Virus record (IMG/VR): IMGVR_UViG_3300010327_000802
Location: 9,201 to 73,200 of that record
DNA from: a virus
Taxonomy: Duplodnaviria > Caudoviricetes
Direction: 5' to 3' (one strand)
DNA length: 64,000 bases
How positions within the stretch are numbered: position 1 is the stretch's first letter; the number at the start of each line of letters is the position of its first letter. Below, in pieces: positions 38,260-48,600 of the stretch. A program made the translations under genes and the position numbers. The notes under the pieces are model-generated. The model saw only the letters and a list, made by a program, of their open reading frames with translations. It searched no databases and had not been told where the DNA came from.

Positions 38260-39569
38260 AGATTAACTCCTTCTACCTCTACCATTGGTAGAGGCATAGT
38301 ATCAAAGTAAGATATATCTTTATAGAAGAAAAGATTTATATTTGCTTTTCTTCCATGTCGATTCTTTAAAACTCTAAGAGAGTACTCACTTGCTAATGTT
38401 AAACCTAAATACGATGTATCAACAGCAGCCCTTGAATCGTCTTCTGTTTTAGCAATCAACGCTAAAACTAAGTCAGCACCAAAGGCTTTCTCTGAGCTAC
38501 CATAAATAGCACTTAAGTCTGCATCTAAATTATACATCTCTTTTTTTCCTATTTCAGTAGCAGTCCAGATAACAATATCATGTTCCTTTGCGTAACCCGG
38601 TAAATAATGAAATATATCTGCTGCTTCTTCCCAAACACTTGTTCGTCTGGATAGGGGAGCAAACATATCAGCGAAATCTATTATTACTATATCTGGGGTG
38701 AAATTGTATTTTAATTGAAAAGTAGTTAAAATACCAGGTAAACGAGTAACTGGTATTGATTTTGAAGGATAGTAAATAATTTTCATCTCCCCACCGGATT
38801 TTTTTATTAGATCTTTCATTTTTTTAACTTGAACCTCATATCTAGGAATCTCCAATTTATTTCTTAAAAGATTTATTGATATTTTTGTAAGATTGGCATC
38901 ACATCTTAGTACAATATCTGATTGAGGCATTTCCAAAGATATATAAAGTACTTTTTTACCTTCCTTTATAGCATTAATCGCAATAGTAATTAAAAAAGAA
39001 GATTTTCCTATTCCCGAACCAGCTGCAACCACACCAAACCATCCTTTCCTCATTCCATGATCTATTAAGCTATCAAGGTCGGATATCCCAGTTTTAATTA
39101 TTCTAGACGGGTCTTCATCTCTATGATAAATAAAATAACTGTCTAAATAGTCAACTATCTCTGAATCGGTAGATGGTAGGTATAATAAATTTCTACCATA
39201 CTCCCATACTTCCGCTGGGTCTACATTGGGGTCATCAAAAGATTGTAGTACTCTTTCAACCAACTTTCTTAGTCTATGTCTTTTAATTTCTCTTACAACT
39301 TCATCATAAAGCCACTGCTCTTCAGTCGGGTTATAATCATTAACTATATCTATAAATAGCTGAGAGTTATTAGGAAAGGTATCAAGAATAAGACTCGAAC
39401 TTGGTAATTTCCCATATTTATCAAAATATGATTTTGTAAATAATATAATTGGCTTTACAACTGGTGTAGTTACAACTTCAGTAACACCAAAAGCTAAAAG
39501 ATTTGACACTACTTGACTTCTTTCACAAAGTAATGCACCAAGTAGTCTTCTCTCTACTGATTCTTTCAT
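38256..39569 (-). CDS. dnaB: DnaB-like replicative helicase
   Basis: AAGSGIGKS, ISLEM, IIIDFAD, LKNRHG. Confidence 0.9.
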   Translation of the reverse strand: MKESVERRLLGALLCERSQVVSNLLAFGVTEVVTTPVVKPIILFTKSYFDKYGKLPSSSLILDTFPNNSQLFIDIVNDYNPTEEQWLYDEVVREIKRHRLRKLVERVLQSFDDPNVDPAEVWEYGRNLLYLPSTDSEIVDYLDSYFIYHRDEDPSRIIKTGISDLDSLIDHGMRKGWFGVVAAGSGIGKSSFLITIAINAIKEGKKVLYISLEMPQSDIVLRCDANLTKISINLLRNKLEIPRYEVQVKKMKDLIKKSGGEMKIIYYPSKSIPVTRLPGILTTFQLKYNFTPDIVIIDFADMFAPLSRRTSVWEEAADIFHYLPGYAKEHDIVIWTATEIGKKEMYNLDADLSAIYGSSEKAFGADLVLALIAKTEDDSRAAVDTSYLGLTLASEYSLRVLKNRHGRKANINLFFYKDISYFDTMPLPMVEVEGVNL

Positions 39570-40198
39570 AGGTTCTCCATATACTCGTTTAAAACCTCTA
39601 GTTCGGTCTTGATTATCCTAGATAAATCTGGGTGTTTATCTAATATCCGATTAAAGGCTTCTTTAAGACTTTGCAATCTATTTTTCTTTTGTCTGAGAGG
39701 TCTTAAAAAAGTAACAATTTCCTGGTCTATAAGTTTTACTCTACTCATTTTTAAATATACAGGATCTACAATAAGCCAATACTGAACTGGATCTAATAGA
39801 AACGGCATTTTCTTTAAAACTTCTTGATAGGTTATTTTTCTGTCAATAATATCCTCAATGTGTGGCTCAATATAAAATCTATAAACTGAATCTAAAATTT
39901 CCTCATAACCTCCTTCTAAATTAACTTTAAAACCACTAACTTTTTCAAGATCCTTTGCTACTTTTAAAATTTTCTGAAAATAATCTTCATTATAAAGCCA
40001 ATATAATTCAAACTTAGGGGAAAGAACAAGGGCGTTTATTATTAATTTTAAATCCTCAAAGCTCTTTCCTCTACTTAATAAATTATAAAAGATATCTCTT
40101 GCTTTTCTACCCTGTATAGAAGTATTTATCTCAACTTTATCTAAAATACTATTATAGAGCTTCCAAAGTTCTGTTGCTTTTTCTGATAAATCTTCCAT
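39566..40198 (-). CDS. Hypothetical protein (possible helicase partner)
   Basis: Coupled upstream of dnaB; function is positional inference. Confidence 0.6.
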   Translation of the reverse strand: MEDLSEKATELWKLYNSILDKVEINTSIQGRKARDIFYNLLSRGKSFEDLKLIINALVLSPKFELYWLYNEDYFQKILKVAKDLEKVSGFKVNLEGGYEEILDSVYRFYIEPHIEDIIDRKITYQEVLKKMPFLLDPVQYWLIVDPVYLKMSRVKLIDQEIVTFLRPLRQKKNRLQSLKEAFNRILDKHPDLSRIIKTELEVLNEYMENL

Positions 40199-40211
40199 TT
40201 ATACCCCCTAC

Positions 40212-41987
40212 TTATTTCTTTTTAACAATAGATACCTTATTATTTGACAAAAATCTAACAAAACTAGCTGCATCTTTTAGTGCTGCAGAAACATCCATCT
40301 TTCTTTTTAAAATACTTAATACTCTTTCTTCTATAGTATTTACAGCAACAAAATCAACAATAGTAACAACTCCCTTCTTTGCAGGATGAAGTAAACGAGA
40401 TATGGCTTGGTCTCTATTTATCAGAGAAAAATCTCTAGAATAAAAAATAGCAAGCCTTGCTGTAGAGAGGTCTACCCCTAAACCAAGCACAGAAGGCTTA
40501 CTAATTAAAATTCTTGTTTTCTTTGTCCTAAATGCATTAAGAAGACTTTCTCTCTTTTGTAGAGCTACTCTACCATCTATAACGATTGGTCTATATTTTT
40601 TAAGTATATAAGCAATTTTATCTACTTCATAATCAAAAGTGGCCCAAATAACTATCTGAGTTTGATTTATATAGGTATCAACAATATCTCGTAATAAATC
40701 TTCTTTAAATGGAGAGCCTACAACTATATCGTCAGAGTCGGGCACTTTAAGAAAACCAGAACAAATTTCCATAAGCTTTAATGATTCAACTAAAGCGTTA
40801 GATACGCTTAGTTTACCATCTAAAATGTTAGTAGAAATTCTATTAACAATCTCATCATAGTAATCTCTTTGTTGTTTAGTAATATCATAGTGGTGAACAA
40901 CTTGTTGAACTTCTAATCGTGGAAAAACATCTTCTTGCTTTACAGAAACACTATATTTTGAAAATTTATTTAAAATATCTTTCTCTGATCCTCTCTTAGG
41001 TTTCCAAAAAAAGTTATTCACTTTATACATATACCTTTCTCTAAACATTTTTAAAGTAGTCCCAAGTAAATGTTGTATCCTCACAAAACGACCTTGAGAA
41101 TATAAATCTTCTAATGAATTTGCGTAGGGCGTCCCAGAAAGTAATAATGTCCTTCTGGCTTTTTCTGATATACTAAAGTAAATTCTATGTGCTTTTGTAG
41201 AAGCATCTTTTACTTTATGGCTTTCGTCAAGAATCATAAGAAAAGGAGAAAGCTTTGGCATAGCGTTTAAAAACTCTTCCCATCTATTCGATCTCCAGAA
41301 TTCATAATTAAAAATTATAATATTTAACTTGTCTTCATTTAATTTTTCTTCCAAGTTTTCTACATGATTTTCACGTATATTAAAAAAGTTATTAGGATAA
41401 ATAAGATTAGTTTCAGCCTCAAGTTTCCAACCCTCTAGTGCAGAGAGAGGAGCAACTACTACTACGTTTTTTATAAGTTTCTTTTCATGTAAAATTGAGG
41501 CATAAACAAGCGAAGTAATTGTTTTACCGCATCTCATTTCAAAAAAGAAACCATGCCCAAGTTGGTAGAGCGCTCTTTCAATTGCTATAGTTTGATGAGG
41601 ATAAAGTTTAATTTTTGTATATTTACTATAATCTATATCTGTTTTCCACACATAATCTAAATAAGAAAGACAATCTTCGTAAATCTCCATTAAAGTATAC
41701 GGAAGGGAAGAAAGGATTTTATCAGATATATCTAATTGAGCAGAAGGGTATGCAAGAATAAGTCTCTTTAATACACTCGCAGTCAAGTTCAGATAAAAAT
41801 TGCCTTTAATTGTGTAAATTCCCCCCTCATTTTCTTTCGGAAATACAATATAAAAAACTGGGTATTCATTAAGTGGGATTATAACGTGTGTGTTTACAAA
41901 GGAAGAAATGCTTTCAGGATAAGTTATAGTAAACTGCCCCCTATCACCAACCTTTTCAACCTTTATAGTCAGAGCATCTCCTTTCAT
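40212..41987 (-). CDS. SNF2-family helicase/ATPase
   Basis: YPHQ, EMRCGKT, LDESH, LSGTP, GLGVDL, QA..R. Confidence 0.9.
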   Translation of the reverse strand: MKGDALTIKVEKVGDRGQFTITYPESISSFVNTHVIIPLNEYPVFYIVFPKENEGGIYTIKGNFYLNLTASVLKRLILAYPSAQLDISDKILSSLPYTLMEIYEDCLSYLDYVWKTDIDYSKYTKIKLYPHQTIAIERALYQLGHGFFFEMRCGKTITSLVYASILHEKKLIKNVVVVAPLSALEGWKLEAETNLIYPNNFFNIRENHVENLEEKLNEDKLNIIIFNYEFWRSNRWEEFLNAMPKLSPFLMILDESHKVKDASTKAHRIYFSISEKARRTLLLSGTPYANSLEDLYSQGRFVRIQHLLGTTLKMFRERYMYKVNNFFWKPKRGSEKDILNKFSKYSVSVKQEDVFPRLEVQQVVHHYDITKQQRDYYDEIVNRISTNILDGKLSVSNALVESLKLMEICSGFLKVPDSDDIVVGSPFKEDLLRDIVDTYINQTQIVIWATFDYEVDKIAYILKKYRPIVIDGRVALQKRESLLNAFRTKKTRILISKPSVLGLGVDLSTARLAIFYSRDFSLINRDQAISRLLHPAKKGVVTIVDFVAVNTIEERVLSILKRKMDVSAALKDAASFVRFLSNNKVSIVKKK

Positions 41988-42009
41988 ATCTCCTCCTGCT
42001 AGTAATTTA

Positions 42010-42038
42010 ATTATACTCTAAATTATATGGTCTGTCAA
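42010..42038 (-). promoter_or_regulatory. Consensus sigma70/sigmaA promoter TTGACA-N17-TATAAT
   Basis: Perfect hexamers and spacing upstream of the SNF2 gene SD. Confidence 0.85.
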
Positions 42039-42568
42039 GCGGGTTCAATAGTTCCATAGTTATTTTCAATCAAAAAGGCTTCTACAAGTGCAATCGAATC
42101 GGCGAAATGTTCTATCTTAGACTTAGGTAAAGAAACTCTTTTTATTAAACCTGCATATCTTTTTTGAACCCCCTCCTTGGATTTACCTTTCTCAATAGAT
42201 AGAATCTTATTTACTCTATATTTAGAAATTAAAATATATCCCACAGAAGGTGGCAAAACTGATAAAAAGACAGCAAGCGAACCAAAAAGATATGCTTGAG
42301 TTTTCCGTGAAATAGTATTTCTAAAATCAACATCTTCAAACACAACAAAGTCCGCCTTGTATTTTTTTATTATTTTTACAAAATCATTTCGCAAACTATT
42401 ATATCGAGTAGCTAAATCCTCTTTCTCACTTGCAGAAAAGACACCACCTTTAACAAAACAAAATGTTGAATTTTCTTTTTTGGTAAATACTGACCACCCA
42501 ACATTAACTATAGCTGGGTCGATTCCAACAATACAAAATTTATTATCAGTTTGAAAGTCTTGAGACAC
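42035..42568 (-). CDS. ruvC: RuvC-like Holliday junction resolvase
   Basis: VGIDP, VVFED, K, ADS catalytic motifs. Confidence 0.85.
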   Translation of the reverse strand: MSQDFQTDNKFCIVGIDPAIVNVGWSVFTKKENSTFCFVKGGVFSASEKEDLATRYNSLRNDFVKIIKKYKADFVVFEDVDFRNTISRKTQAYLFGSLAVFLSVLPPSVGYILISKYRVNKILSIEKGKSKEGVQKRYAGLIKRVSLPKSKIEHFADSIALVEAFLIENNYGTIEPA

Positions 42569-44114
42569 CTGTCTTTTCCTTTATTATAGTCCACCTATAA
42601 TCATACTCTATAGGAATATCTCCTCGGTGGGAAATTATACTAATAAGTATAGGATTAGTTTGTAAGAAATGCTCAATAACAAGATTAGTAGCCTCTAAAC
42701 CAACCTGGTCTAAATGATCAAAAATTTCATCAATAACTAAAACGGGAAACGGGCAAGGTATAACTTGACGAAGTGCAAACATAAGTGCTATTTCTACTCT
42801 TCGCCTTTCCCCAGAACTTAATGATTTATAGTCTACAGAATAGTTTATTTTCCCTCGGTTATCTATGACTGTTGTTACTTCACCAAAACCCATAAGTTCA
42901 GTATACAATGACATATATTCTCCAACAGCTTCAATAACGTGATCAATCACACGAGAAATAAGTCCTGTTGGTGAAAAAACTTTTTCCCAAAGTTTTAATT
43001 CCTCTACCTTACTTTCCTCTTGTTTTAATACATTTATTAAAGAGTTAATTTTATCAGAAAGTTCGGCATGCCTTTTAGTTTCGTTTGAAATAGACGCTAA
43101 CTTTTTATATATTTCAATTAACTCGGAAAACTCTGATTTGATGCCCTGGTATCCGGATAATTCACTTTGTATTTTATATATTTCTTCTGTTAAAAGCTTT
43201 ATTTCCTCACTATAATTTTTACTTTCTTCTTCCAAAGATTTTTTCACATTATCTTTATGTGAATCAGGAATATCTTGCAAGCATACTGGGCAAGAGGTTA
43301 ATACTGAAAGGTTATGTGTCTTAGTATTTATTTCTCGTATCTTACTTTCAAGCTCCCTTCTTCTGTATTCCTTCACAGCAAGCTGTTGCATAGATTGACT
43401 TATTTGAGTTTCTATGACAGATAAATATTTATCAAAATCAGTTGGTTGAATATCCTCTTTTAATAAATCCTTCATAAAAGAAAGTTTATCATTAAAACTT
43501 TTATACATTTCATTGTACGGTTCTAAAATCCTATTTATTTCGTTTAAAGCAGACTGGGTAGAAAAGTAATCAAGCTTTGTCTTATTATATAGTTCTTCTG
43601 CTGATCTTTTATCTGCTTTTACTTTCTCAGTTAGAGCGGTTAGGGATTCAAGCCCTAAAGACTCAACAAAAAGCTTTTTTCTATCTGTGTCATCAAATTC
43701 TATAAACCATTTAGTTAGAGTGTAAGGGTTTAAATAAATTAAGGTTTGGAATAACTTATAAGAAAACCCAACTACAAAGGTTTCAATATATGACTGAATA
43801 TTTGTTTTTAAATCCTTCTGCTGAACCCCATTCTCTTCCAAATATAAACTTGATTTTGTTCTGTTTATTAGATAAACATTGTTTCCTTTTTCAACTATAA
43901 TTGAAACATTAGCATTGGCATCCGTGGACCCTCGCAAAGTTTTTCCATAAATAGCCCAATAAATAGCCTCAAATAAAGCTGTTTTACCAGAACCGTTTGA
44001 GCCATTAGTTATTTTATTAATCCCATCAACCAAAATAGTCCCAGTCTCAGGAAGTTGGTAAGTAACATTTTCTAAAGATAAGAACTTTTTTATATTAACT
44101 TCCCTTATTTTCAT
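42546..44114 (-). CDS. sbcC: SbcC/Rad50-like (gp46-like) ATPase
   Basis: NGSGKT, CPVC hook, LSSGERRR, IDEIFD.LD, ISH. Confidence 0.92.
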   Translation of the reverse strand: MKIREVNIKKFLSLENVTYQLPETGTILVDGINKITNGSNGSGKTALFEAIYWAIYGKTLRGSTDANANVSIIVEKGNNVYLINRTKSSLYLEENGVQQKDLKTNIQSYIETFVVGFSYKLFQTLIYLNPYTLTKWFIEFDDTDRKKLFVESLGLESLTALTEKVKADKRSAEELYNKTKLDYFSTQSALNEINRILEPYNEMYKSFNDKLSFMKDLLKEDIQPTDFDKYLSVIETQISQSMQQLAVKEYRRRELESKIREINTKTHNLSVLTSCPVCLQDIPDSHKDNVKKSLEEESKNYSEEIKLLTEEIYKIQSELSGYQGIKSEFSELIEIYKKLASISNETKRHAELSDKINSLINVLKQEESKVEELKLWEKVFSPTGLISRVIDHVIEAVGEYMSLYTELMGFGEVTTVIDNRGKINYSVDYKSLSSGERRRVEIALMFALRQVIPCPFPVLVIDEIFDHLDQVGLEATNLVIEHFLQTNPILISIISHRGDIPIEYDYRWTIIKEKTGVSRLSN

Positions 44115-45060
44115 TTATTATCTCCCTTATTGATGGACCATAAACTTGCTCTAACAAGCTTACTCCATAGTCTAAATTGCTAATGTTATATTCTTTGGAT
44201 AATTCCAGCATTGAATTTACCGTCAATTTTAATAAATCTACAGTTCCACCACCAACTGCACCTGAAGACCTATTAAGTTGATTTTCCTCTACTTTTCTAA
44301 CATAAATAGGAATAATATCATCTCGTGCTTCCTGAACTAACTGATCATATTCAAGCCTGGAGGATATTATTTTTATAATCGGATGTGGAATATCTATAAA
44401 CAAAATGCCCGAATTGGATGTATCAAACAAAGTAAGACACTTCTGATCCCCATAATCGCTAAGAGTTCTTTGCATTACCGAACCCACATTAATTATATTA
44501 CCATATCTGCTTCGTTTGTGGTAATGCCCATTAAATAAGTAATAAAATTTACTGACTATATCTTTATTTAGACCAGTAGAAGGAGAAGATTTCTCTGATG
44601 GATAAGAGATCCCAACTATATCTGCATGAGAAAAGGCAAGAGTATTATTCCCAAAAAACTCAATTGGTATCTCTTTTTTCCAACTGTTCCAAGGAAGAAA
44701 AACTAACTTAAATCCATTAAAAGAAGCAGATCCATATTCTGTAAATACTTTTGCATGCTTTAATATATGCTCTATCTCAAAAGGAGAAACCTCTTCTGTA
44801 TAATAATCATGATTTCCAATAACAAGATAAACTTGTAGCTTAGTTGATAAGTCTTCTATCCAACTTAGCACTTTAAAAACCAATTGTTTATCAACCATCT
44901 TTCTAGACTCAAATATATCTCCCATAAATACAATACCATTAGGTGAGTATTGTTTTATTACACTAGGGATAAAAGACTCCATAAATTCATTTTGAAATTT
45001 TAAAAGCTGTGGTTGTTTCCAGGTATGGAAGTGTAAGTCTCCTATTATTAATAATTTCAT
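44095..45060 (-). CDS. sbcD: SbcD/Mre11-like (gp47-like) nuclease
   Basis: GDLH, GDIF, GNHD, GHYH, VGS. Confidence 0.9.
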   Translation of the reverse strand: MKLLIIGDLHFHTWKQPQLLKFQNEFMESFIPSVIKQYSPNGIVFMGDIFESRKMVDKQLVFKVLSWIEDLSTKLQVYLVIGNHDYYTEEVSPFEIEHILKHAKVFTEYGSASFNGFKLVFLPWNSWKKEIPIEFFGNNTLAFSHADIVGISYPSEKSSPSTGLNKDIVSKFYYLFNGHYHKRSRYGNIINVGSVMQRTLSDYGDQKCLTLFDTSNSGILFIDIPHPIIKIISSRLEYDQLVQEARDDIIPIYVRKVEENQLNRSSGAVGGGTVDLLKLTVNSMLELSKEYNISNLDYGVSLLEQVYGPSIREIINENKGS

Positions 45061-45104
45061 CAGCCCTCCTTTATGTTAGAACACTATAATAGTTCTAAAT
45101 CCCT

Positions 45105-45635
45105 TTATAAGTTTATATCTTCTGTAGGGGGTGTCTGGTAATTTTTCACCCCCCAATTTTTATAGAAATGCGTCGAACTCCTCCAAATCTTGTCACAAAG
45201 GTCTATAAACCCTAATAGTTCCTTATTATCCCCTACTAATCTTTTTAATCTTTTAACAACAAAATATTTTAGTCGGAAGTAAAAATAATTTTTACTTCCT
45301 TTAGTTAATTTAGAAAAAAAATACTCCTTATTTAACTCGGGTCTCTGTATAAAAAGAAGAGCAAAAAGTAATGCATTTTCTGAAAAACTATTAATTATCA
45401 ATCTGCTAAGATAAGGATAATATTCTTCTAGAAGAAATCTGTGCCTTGTTACATTCAAGATAAATCTATTGGTAGGGTCTTTAGTAAATGTCTTTCTGCC
45501 CCTGGGTATATTAATTAATACATCTACTATAGAGGATTCTACAAGTAAGCTATCCTCCTTACCATTAAGTAAGTCTTCTAATAAATCATAGACACTAATA
45601 TACTTTCCAACTGTAAATCTTTTTCTTTCTTTCAT
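45105..45635 (-). CDS. Basic hypothetical protein
   Basis: Coupled to the NusG-like gene. Confidence 0.6.
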   Translation of the reverse strand: MKERKRFTVGKYISVYDLLEDLLNGKEDSLLVESSIVDVLINIPRGRKTFTKDPTNRFILNVTRHRFLLEEYYPYLSRLIINSFSENALLFALLFIQRPELNKEYFFSKLTKGSKNYFYFRLKYFVVKRLKRLVGDNKELLGFIDLCDKIWRSSTHFYKNWGVKNYQTPPTEDINL

Positions 45636-46120
45636 AGCGGCTTAGCATTTTTCTTACTACACTCAAATATTACCGTTTTACCCATAATAGTAGATCTCAC
45701 AATCAATCTGTTTTTCTTTACTTCCAATACGTATGCTTTTAAAGAAAGAGTTGGTATATAGACGGTATCCCCCACAAAGAAATTTCCCCTCCTTAATCTT
45801 AAATAGTTATTCATATTTTCAAACCAGTTGTTTATTTCCTCAACAGGTATCTTTCTTGGTATACCACCAATCGGTAGAAAATAGTATACGTCCGTAATAT
45901 CACTAAAATAAGATACAAAAGATTCAGGGGGGGAAAAGTAATAAGTATTTACCCCAACAATCATGTAATCATGAGGATAAACTGCACCTTCATATTCAAT
46001 TTTTTTAAATTCAAACATATCCTCGTATAAAGCACGAGAGGTTACTATCTTTTGTATTTGAGGCTGCTTAAAGCTTCTTATTCTGGCAGCATAATAGTTG
46101 AAGGATTCTTCTGTTTCCAT
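45632..46120 (-). CDS. nusG: NusG-like transcription elongation/antitermination factor (NGN plus KOW)
   Basis: N-terminal YYA.R.R, VYP.YM.V, P..IP.EEI; C-terminal FFVGDTV.I......V.EV...RL.V...IMG. Confidence 0.62.
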   Translation of the reverse strand: METEESFNYYAARIRSFKQPQIQKIVTSRALYEDMFEFKKIEYEGAVYPHDYMIVGVNTYYFSPPESFVSYFSDITDVYYFLPIGGIPRKIPVEEINNWFENMNNYLRLRRGNFFVGDTVYIPTLSLKAYVLEVKKNRLIVRSTIMGKTVIFECSKKNAKPL

Positions 46121-47106
46121 AACCTCTCCAGCTCTTTTATATGCTCCTCTTTAGCTAATTCCATTTCCAACTCTTCACTTCTGAAACTCTTTTGAGGGGC
46201 ATTTGGAGTATCTAACTTCCACCAACCACCAGTTGCCTTAATATATCCTAAATCCTTAGCTATCTCAAAAAGAGTCTTAGGAATATCTACCCCCTTTCCA
46301 TGTTTAATATATAAAGAGACTTCTCTTCCCAAAACCACAGAAGATAATTTAGATTTAGCAACTCGTATTCTTATTTTTACTAAACCGTCCTTATCTTTAA
46401 CTAACCCCTGCTGAGTGAAATCCAAAGCTAATACTTGATAGTGCTTGAGCGCATAACCCCCATATAAGTTATAAGTTGGTCCCCAAAACACATTCTTAGA
46501 AATATCCTCCCTTACTTGGGTTATAGCTAATATAGAAATTTTAGGATACCCAGAAAGTTTAGTTGAAAGTAATCTGAACCCCTTTGACATGGCTCTTGCT
46601 CCTGTAGCAATAGTAGTAGAATCAAGAGCAGCCTCTCTTTCTTGTAAAGCTGGAGTGGTGGCTACAGAATCCCAAACAAAGAGTATTGGTATATCCTTAT
46701 TTTCTATGGCAATATCGATAACATCATCCATCAATTTAAAAACCTGTTCTACTACAAGACCTGAAGTATATTGGACCTCATCTGGGTTTAAACCAAAACT
46801 TTGAAAATATTCACGAGAAAATGAATATTCATTATCCACCCAAACAACAACACCACCTGCCTTTTGTATGCTAGCTGCTACGTGAGCAGCTACGGTGGTC
46901 TTTCCCGATCCCTGAGGTCCAAAAAATGTAGTTACTGCCGATGTAGGAATCCCCTCTATTAACCAATCAAGGGGATATATACTTGTAGGAATCATTTCAT
47001 GTGGAAGCTCAGGTGGGGGACCTAATTGAATCCCCTCTTTATTTAACTTCTTCGAAATTTCTGAAAAATCTACAGGCAAGGTAAACCTCCTTCTTTTAAA
47101 ATCCAT
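46078..47106 (-). CDS. recA: RecA/UvsX-like recombinase
   Basis: GIP...FGPQGSGKTT, VWDSVA, GGYALKHY, K..GGWW. Confidence 0.92.
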   Translation of the reverse strand: MDFKRRRFTLPVDFSEISKKLNKEGIQLGPPPELPHEMIPTSIYPLDWLIEGIPTSAVTTFFGPQGSGKTTVAAHVAASIQKAGGVVVWVDNEYSFSREYFQSFGLNPDEVQYTSGLVVEQVFKLMDDVIDIAIENKDIPILFVWDSVATTPALQEREAALDSTTIATGARAMSKGFRLLSTKLSGYPKISILAITQVREDISKNVFWGPTYNLYGGYALKHYQVLALDFTQQGLVKDKDGLVKIRIRVAKSKLSSVVLGREVSLYIKHGKGVDIPKTLFEIAKDLGYIKATGGWWKLDTPNAPQKSFRSEELEMELAKEEHIKELERLWKQKNPSTIMLPE

Positions 47107-47112
47107 TTACTA

Positions 47113-47499
47113 CTATTGTATACTTTTAATAAGTTCTATCTGTGTACTTATTGTCCATATAACTGTATTAATTAACTCTAACCAGTATTCTACCATTCTC
47201 TTCTGATCTTCTACAATTTTATAGCTCTCATCTAGGTAAATGTTTTCTGAAGCGGCTGTCTTAGTTTTACCGTCCTTTACTTGGAGATCTATTATTTCTG
47301 CTCTAGTTCTTTTGGACTCATACTCCAAATCATTGAGTATTTTAGAGGCTTCGCTTTTTAACACCCCCCAATAATATCTAAGTGTAAGTAGTTGCTCTGG
47401 TGCCATAGTTGACATACTTTCTGGGGAGAAAAACAGTGTATCGGCATCTAATTGAGCCTTTATTACCTTTCCGTCTCTAGCTACATTTATATTACTCAC
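47113..47499 (-). CDS. UvsY-like recombination mediator (inferred)
   Basis: Helical, KT.AA.E....D..Y pattern; lies between SSB and recA. Confidence 0.45.
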   Translation of the reverse strand: MSNINVARDGKVIKAQLDADTLFFSPESMSTMAPEQLLTLRYYWGVLKSEASKILNDLEYESKRTRAEIIDLQVKDGKTKTAASENIYLDESYKIVEDQKRMVEYWLELINTVIWTISTQIELIKSIQ

Positions 47500-48551
47500 G
47501 ATTTACCTTCTTTATTTTTTAGCTGTCTGAGCTTTTCAACTATTTGTTCTTTTGCTGACTCATTAAAGTTAGATGGAGCAGAACCAACCACTGGGTCAGC
47601 TTCTGGTTGAGGGGTTGGTATATTATTTTGGGCTGGTTGGGGCGGAGGTGTAGGTATATTATTTTGGGCTGGTTGGGGCGGAGGTGTAGGTATATTATAT
47701 TGAACTGGGGCGGAGGGAGGTGCATAATATTGAGCTGGTTGGGTTGGTGTAGAAACAGGAAGAGTAGAAATTGGTTCTATCTCTGGGGCGTTTGCTGAAG
47801 CTAGCATAGAAGTATCTACCCCTTGGATATTTTTATAAAACTCATTGATTAGATCTTCATAGCTTAAATCAAATTCCGCGATTACAGCTCTTAAGTCATA
47901 GGCTTTACTTAAATAATCTTCACCGTGTGGAAGTGGAACTTCCGGTTGTGGCACAAATAAAGAATAAGTTGTATTCCTACCAGTCCCTACTCTTTTTATA
48001 TCGATATTTGCCCCTCTTTCTAAATCCACCAGATTCCTAAAGTAAACTTTATGTAGGTTAAGTATGTCTAAAAGCACCGTTCTTGGAACAATAAATACCA
48101 CAGGTTGTTCTTGAGGGTAATTTTGATTAACCACAAAAGGTTCTTCAGGTAGAGCATTCTCTCTTCTCCACCCTAGAATAACTGCGTTAAAATACCCCTT
48201 TACTTCCGGACGTAACCCCCTCAATACATCATCAAAGACGGGGTCAGTAGACTGGGGCTTACCTTTTGCACTTTCTAGGGTTTTGTATACTTCACAAATT
48301 GGACACTGCTTTTTATAGGTTATATTTTTACATAAGTAAATTTTTATTGAGCCTGGGTTATCTGGGTTGGGGAAAACATGTCTTCCTACTATTTCATAGT
48401 ATTTTGTTGCACCAGGCGTGGGTGGGAGAATCCTTATTCTAGTTGTCCCTGGGAGTGGGTGAGCAAACCTCACTCTCTGTCCGCTTGGAAAGGAGTATTT
48501 CCTTTCCAAGTCCTCTATGTCTTTGTTTATTTGTTCCCATATATCTTCCAT
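47496..48551 (-). CDS. gp32-like single-stranded DNA-binding protein
   Basis: RIRILPP, H.F, C....CPICE, G..I.I.R.GTG..T.Y; located beside polA and recA. Confidence 0.7.
   Translation of the reverse strand: MEDIWEQINKDIEDLERKYSFPSGQRVRFAHPLPGTTRIRILPPTPGATKYYEIVGRHVFPNPDNPGSIKIYLCKNITYKKQCPICEVYKTLESAKGKPQSTDPVFDDVLRGLRPEVKGYFNAVILGWRRENALPEEPFVVNQNYPQEQPVVFIVPRTVLLDILNLHKVYFRNLVDLERGANIDIKRVGTGRNTTYSLFVPQPEVPLPHGEDYLSKAYDLRAVIAEFDLSYEDLINEFYKNIQGVDTSMLASANAPEIEPISTLPVSTPTQPAQYYAPPSAPVQYNIPTPPPQPAQNNIPTPPPQPAQNNIPTPQPEADPVVGSAPSNFNESAKEQIVEKLRQLKNKEGKS
47617..47698. repeat. 36-bp tandem repeat (about 2.3 copies) encoding PTPPPQPAQNNI
   Basis: Seen directly. Confidence 0.9.
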
Positions 48552-48570
48552 CTTTTACCTCCAGTTGTAT

Positions 48571-48600
48571 ATAATATAATCCATATAGATGAATTGTCAA
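48571..48600 (-). promoter_or_regulatory. sigma70-type promoter TTGACA-N18-TATTAT for the SSB/recA operon
   Basis: Hexamers upstream of the GGAGG SD. Confidence 0.65.

Noticed and set aside
45076-45098. CIRCE (HrcA) box
   Set aside because: The arms and total length do not match TTAGCACTC-N9-GAGTGCTAA
47540-47798. Repeat-containing ORFs 47540..47725 and 47607..47798
   Set aside because: They are alternative or antisense frames of the SSB 36-bp repeat
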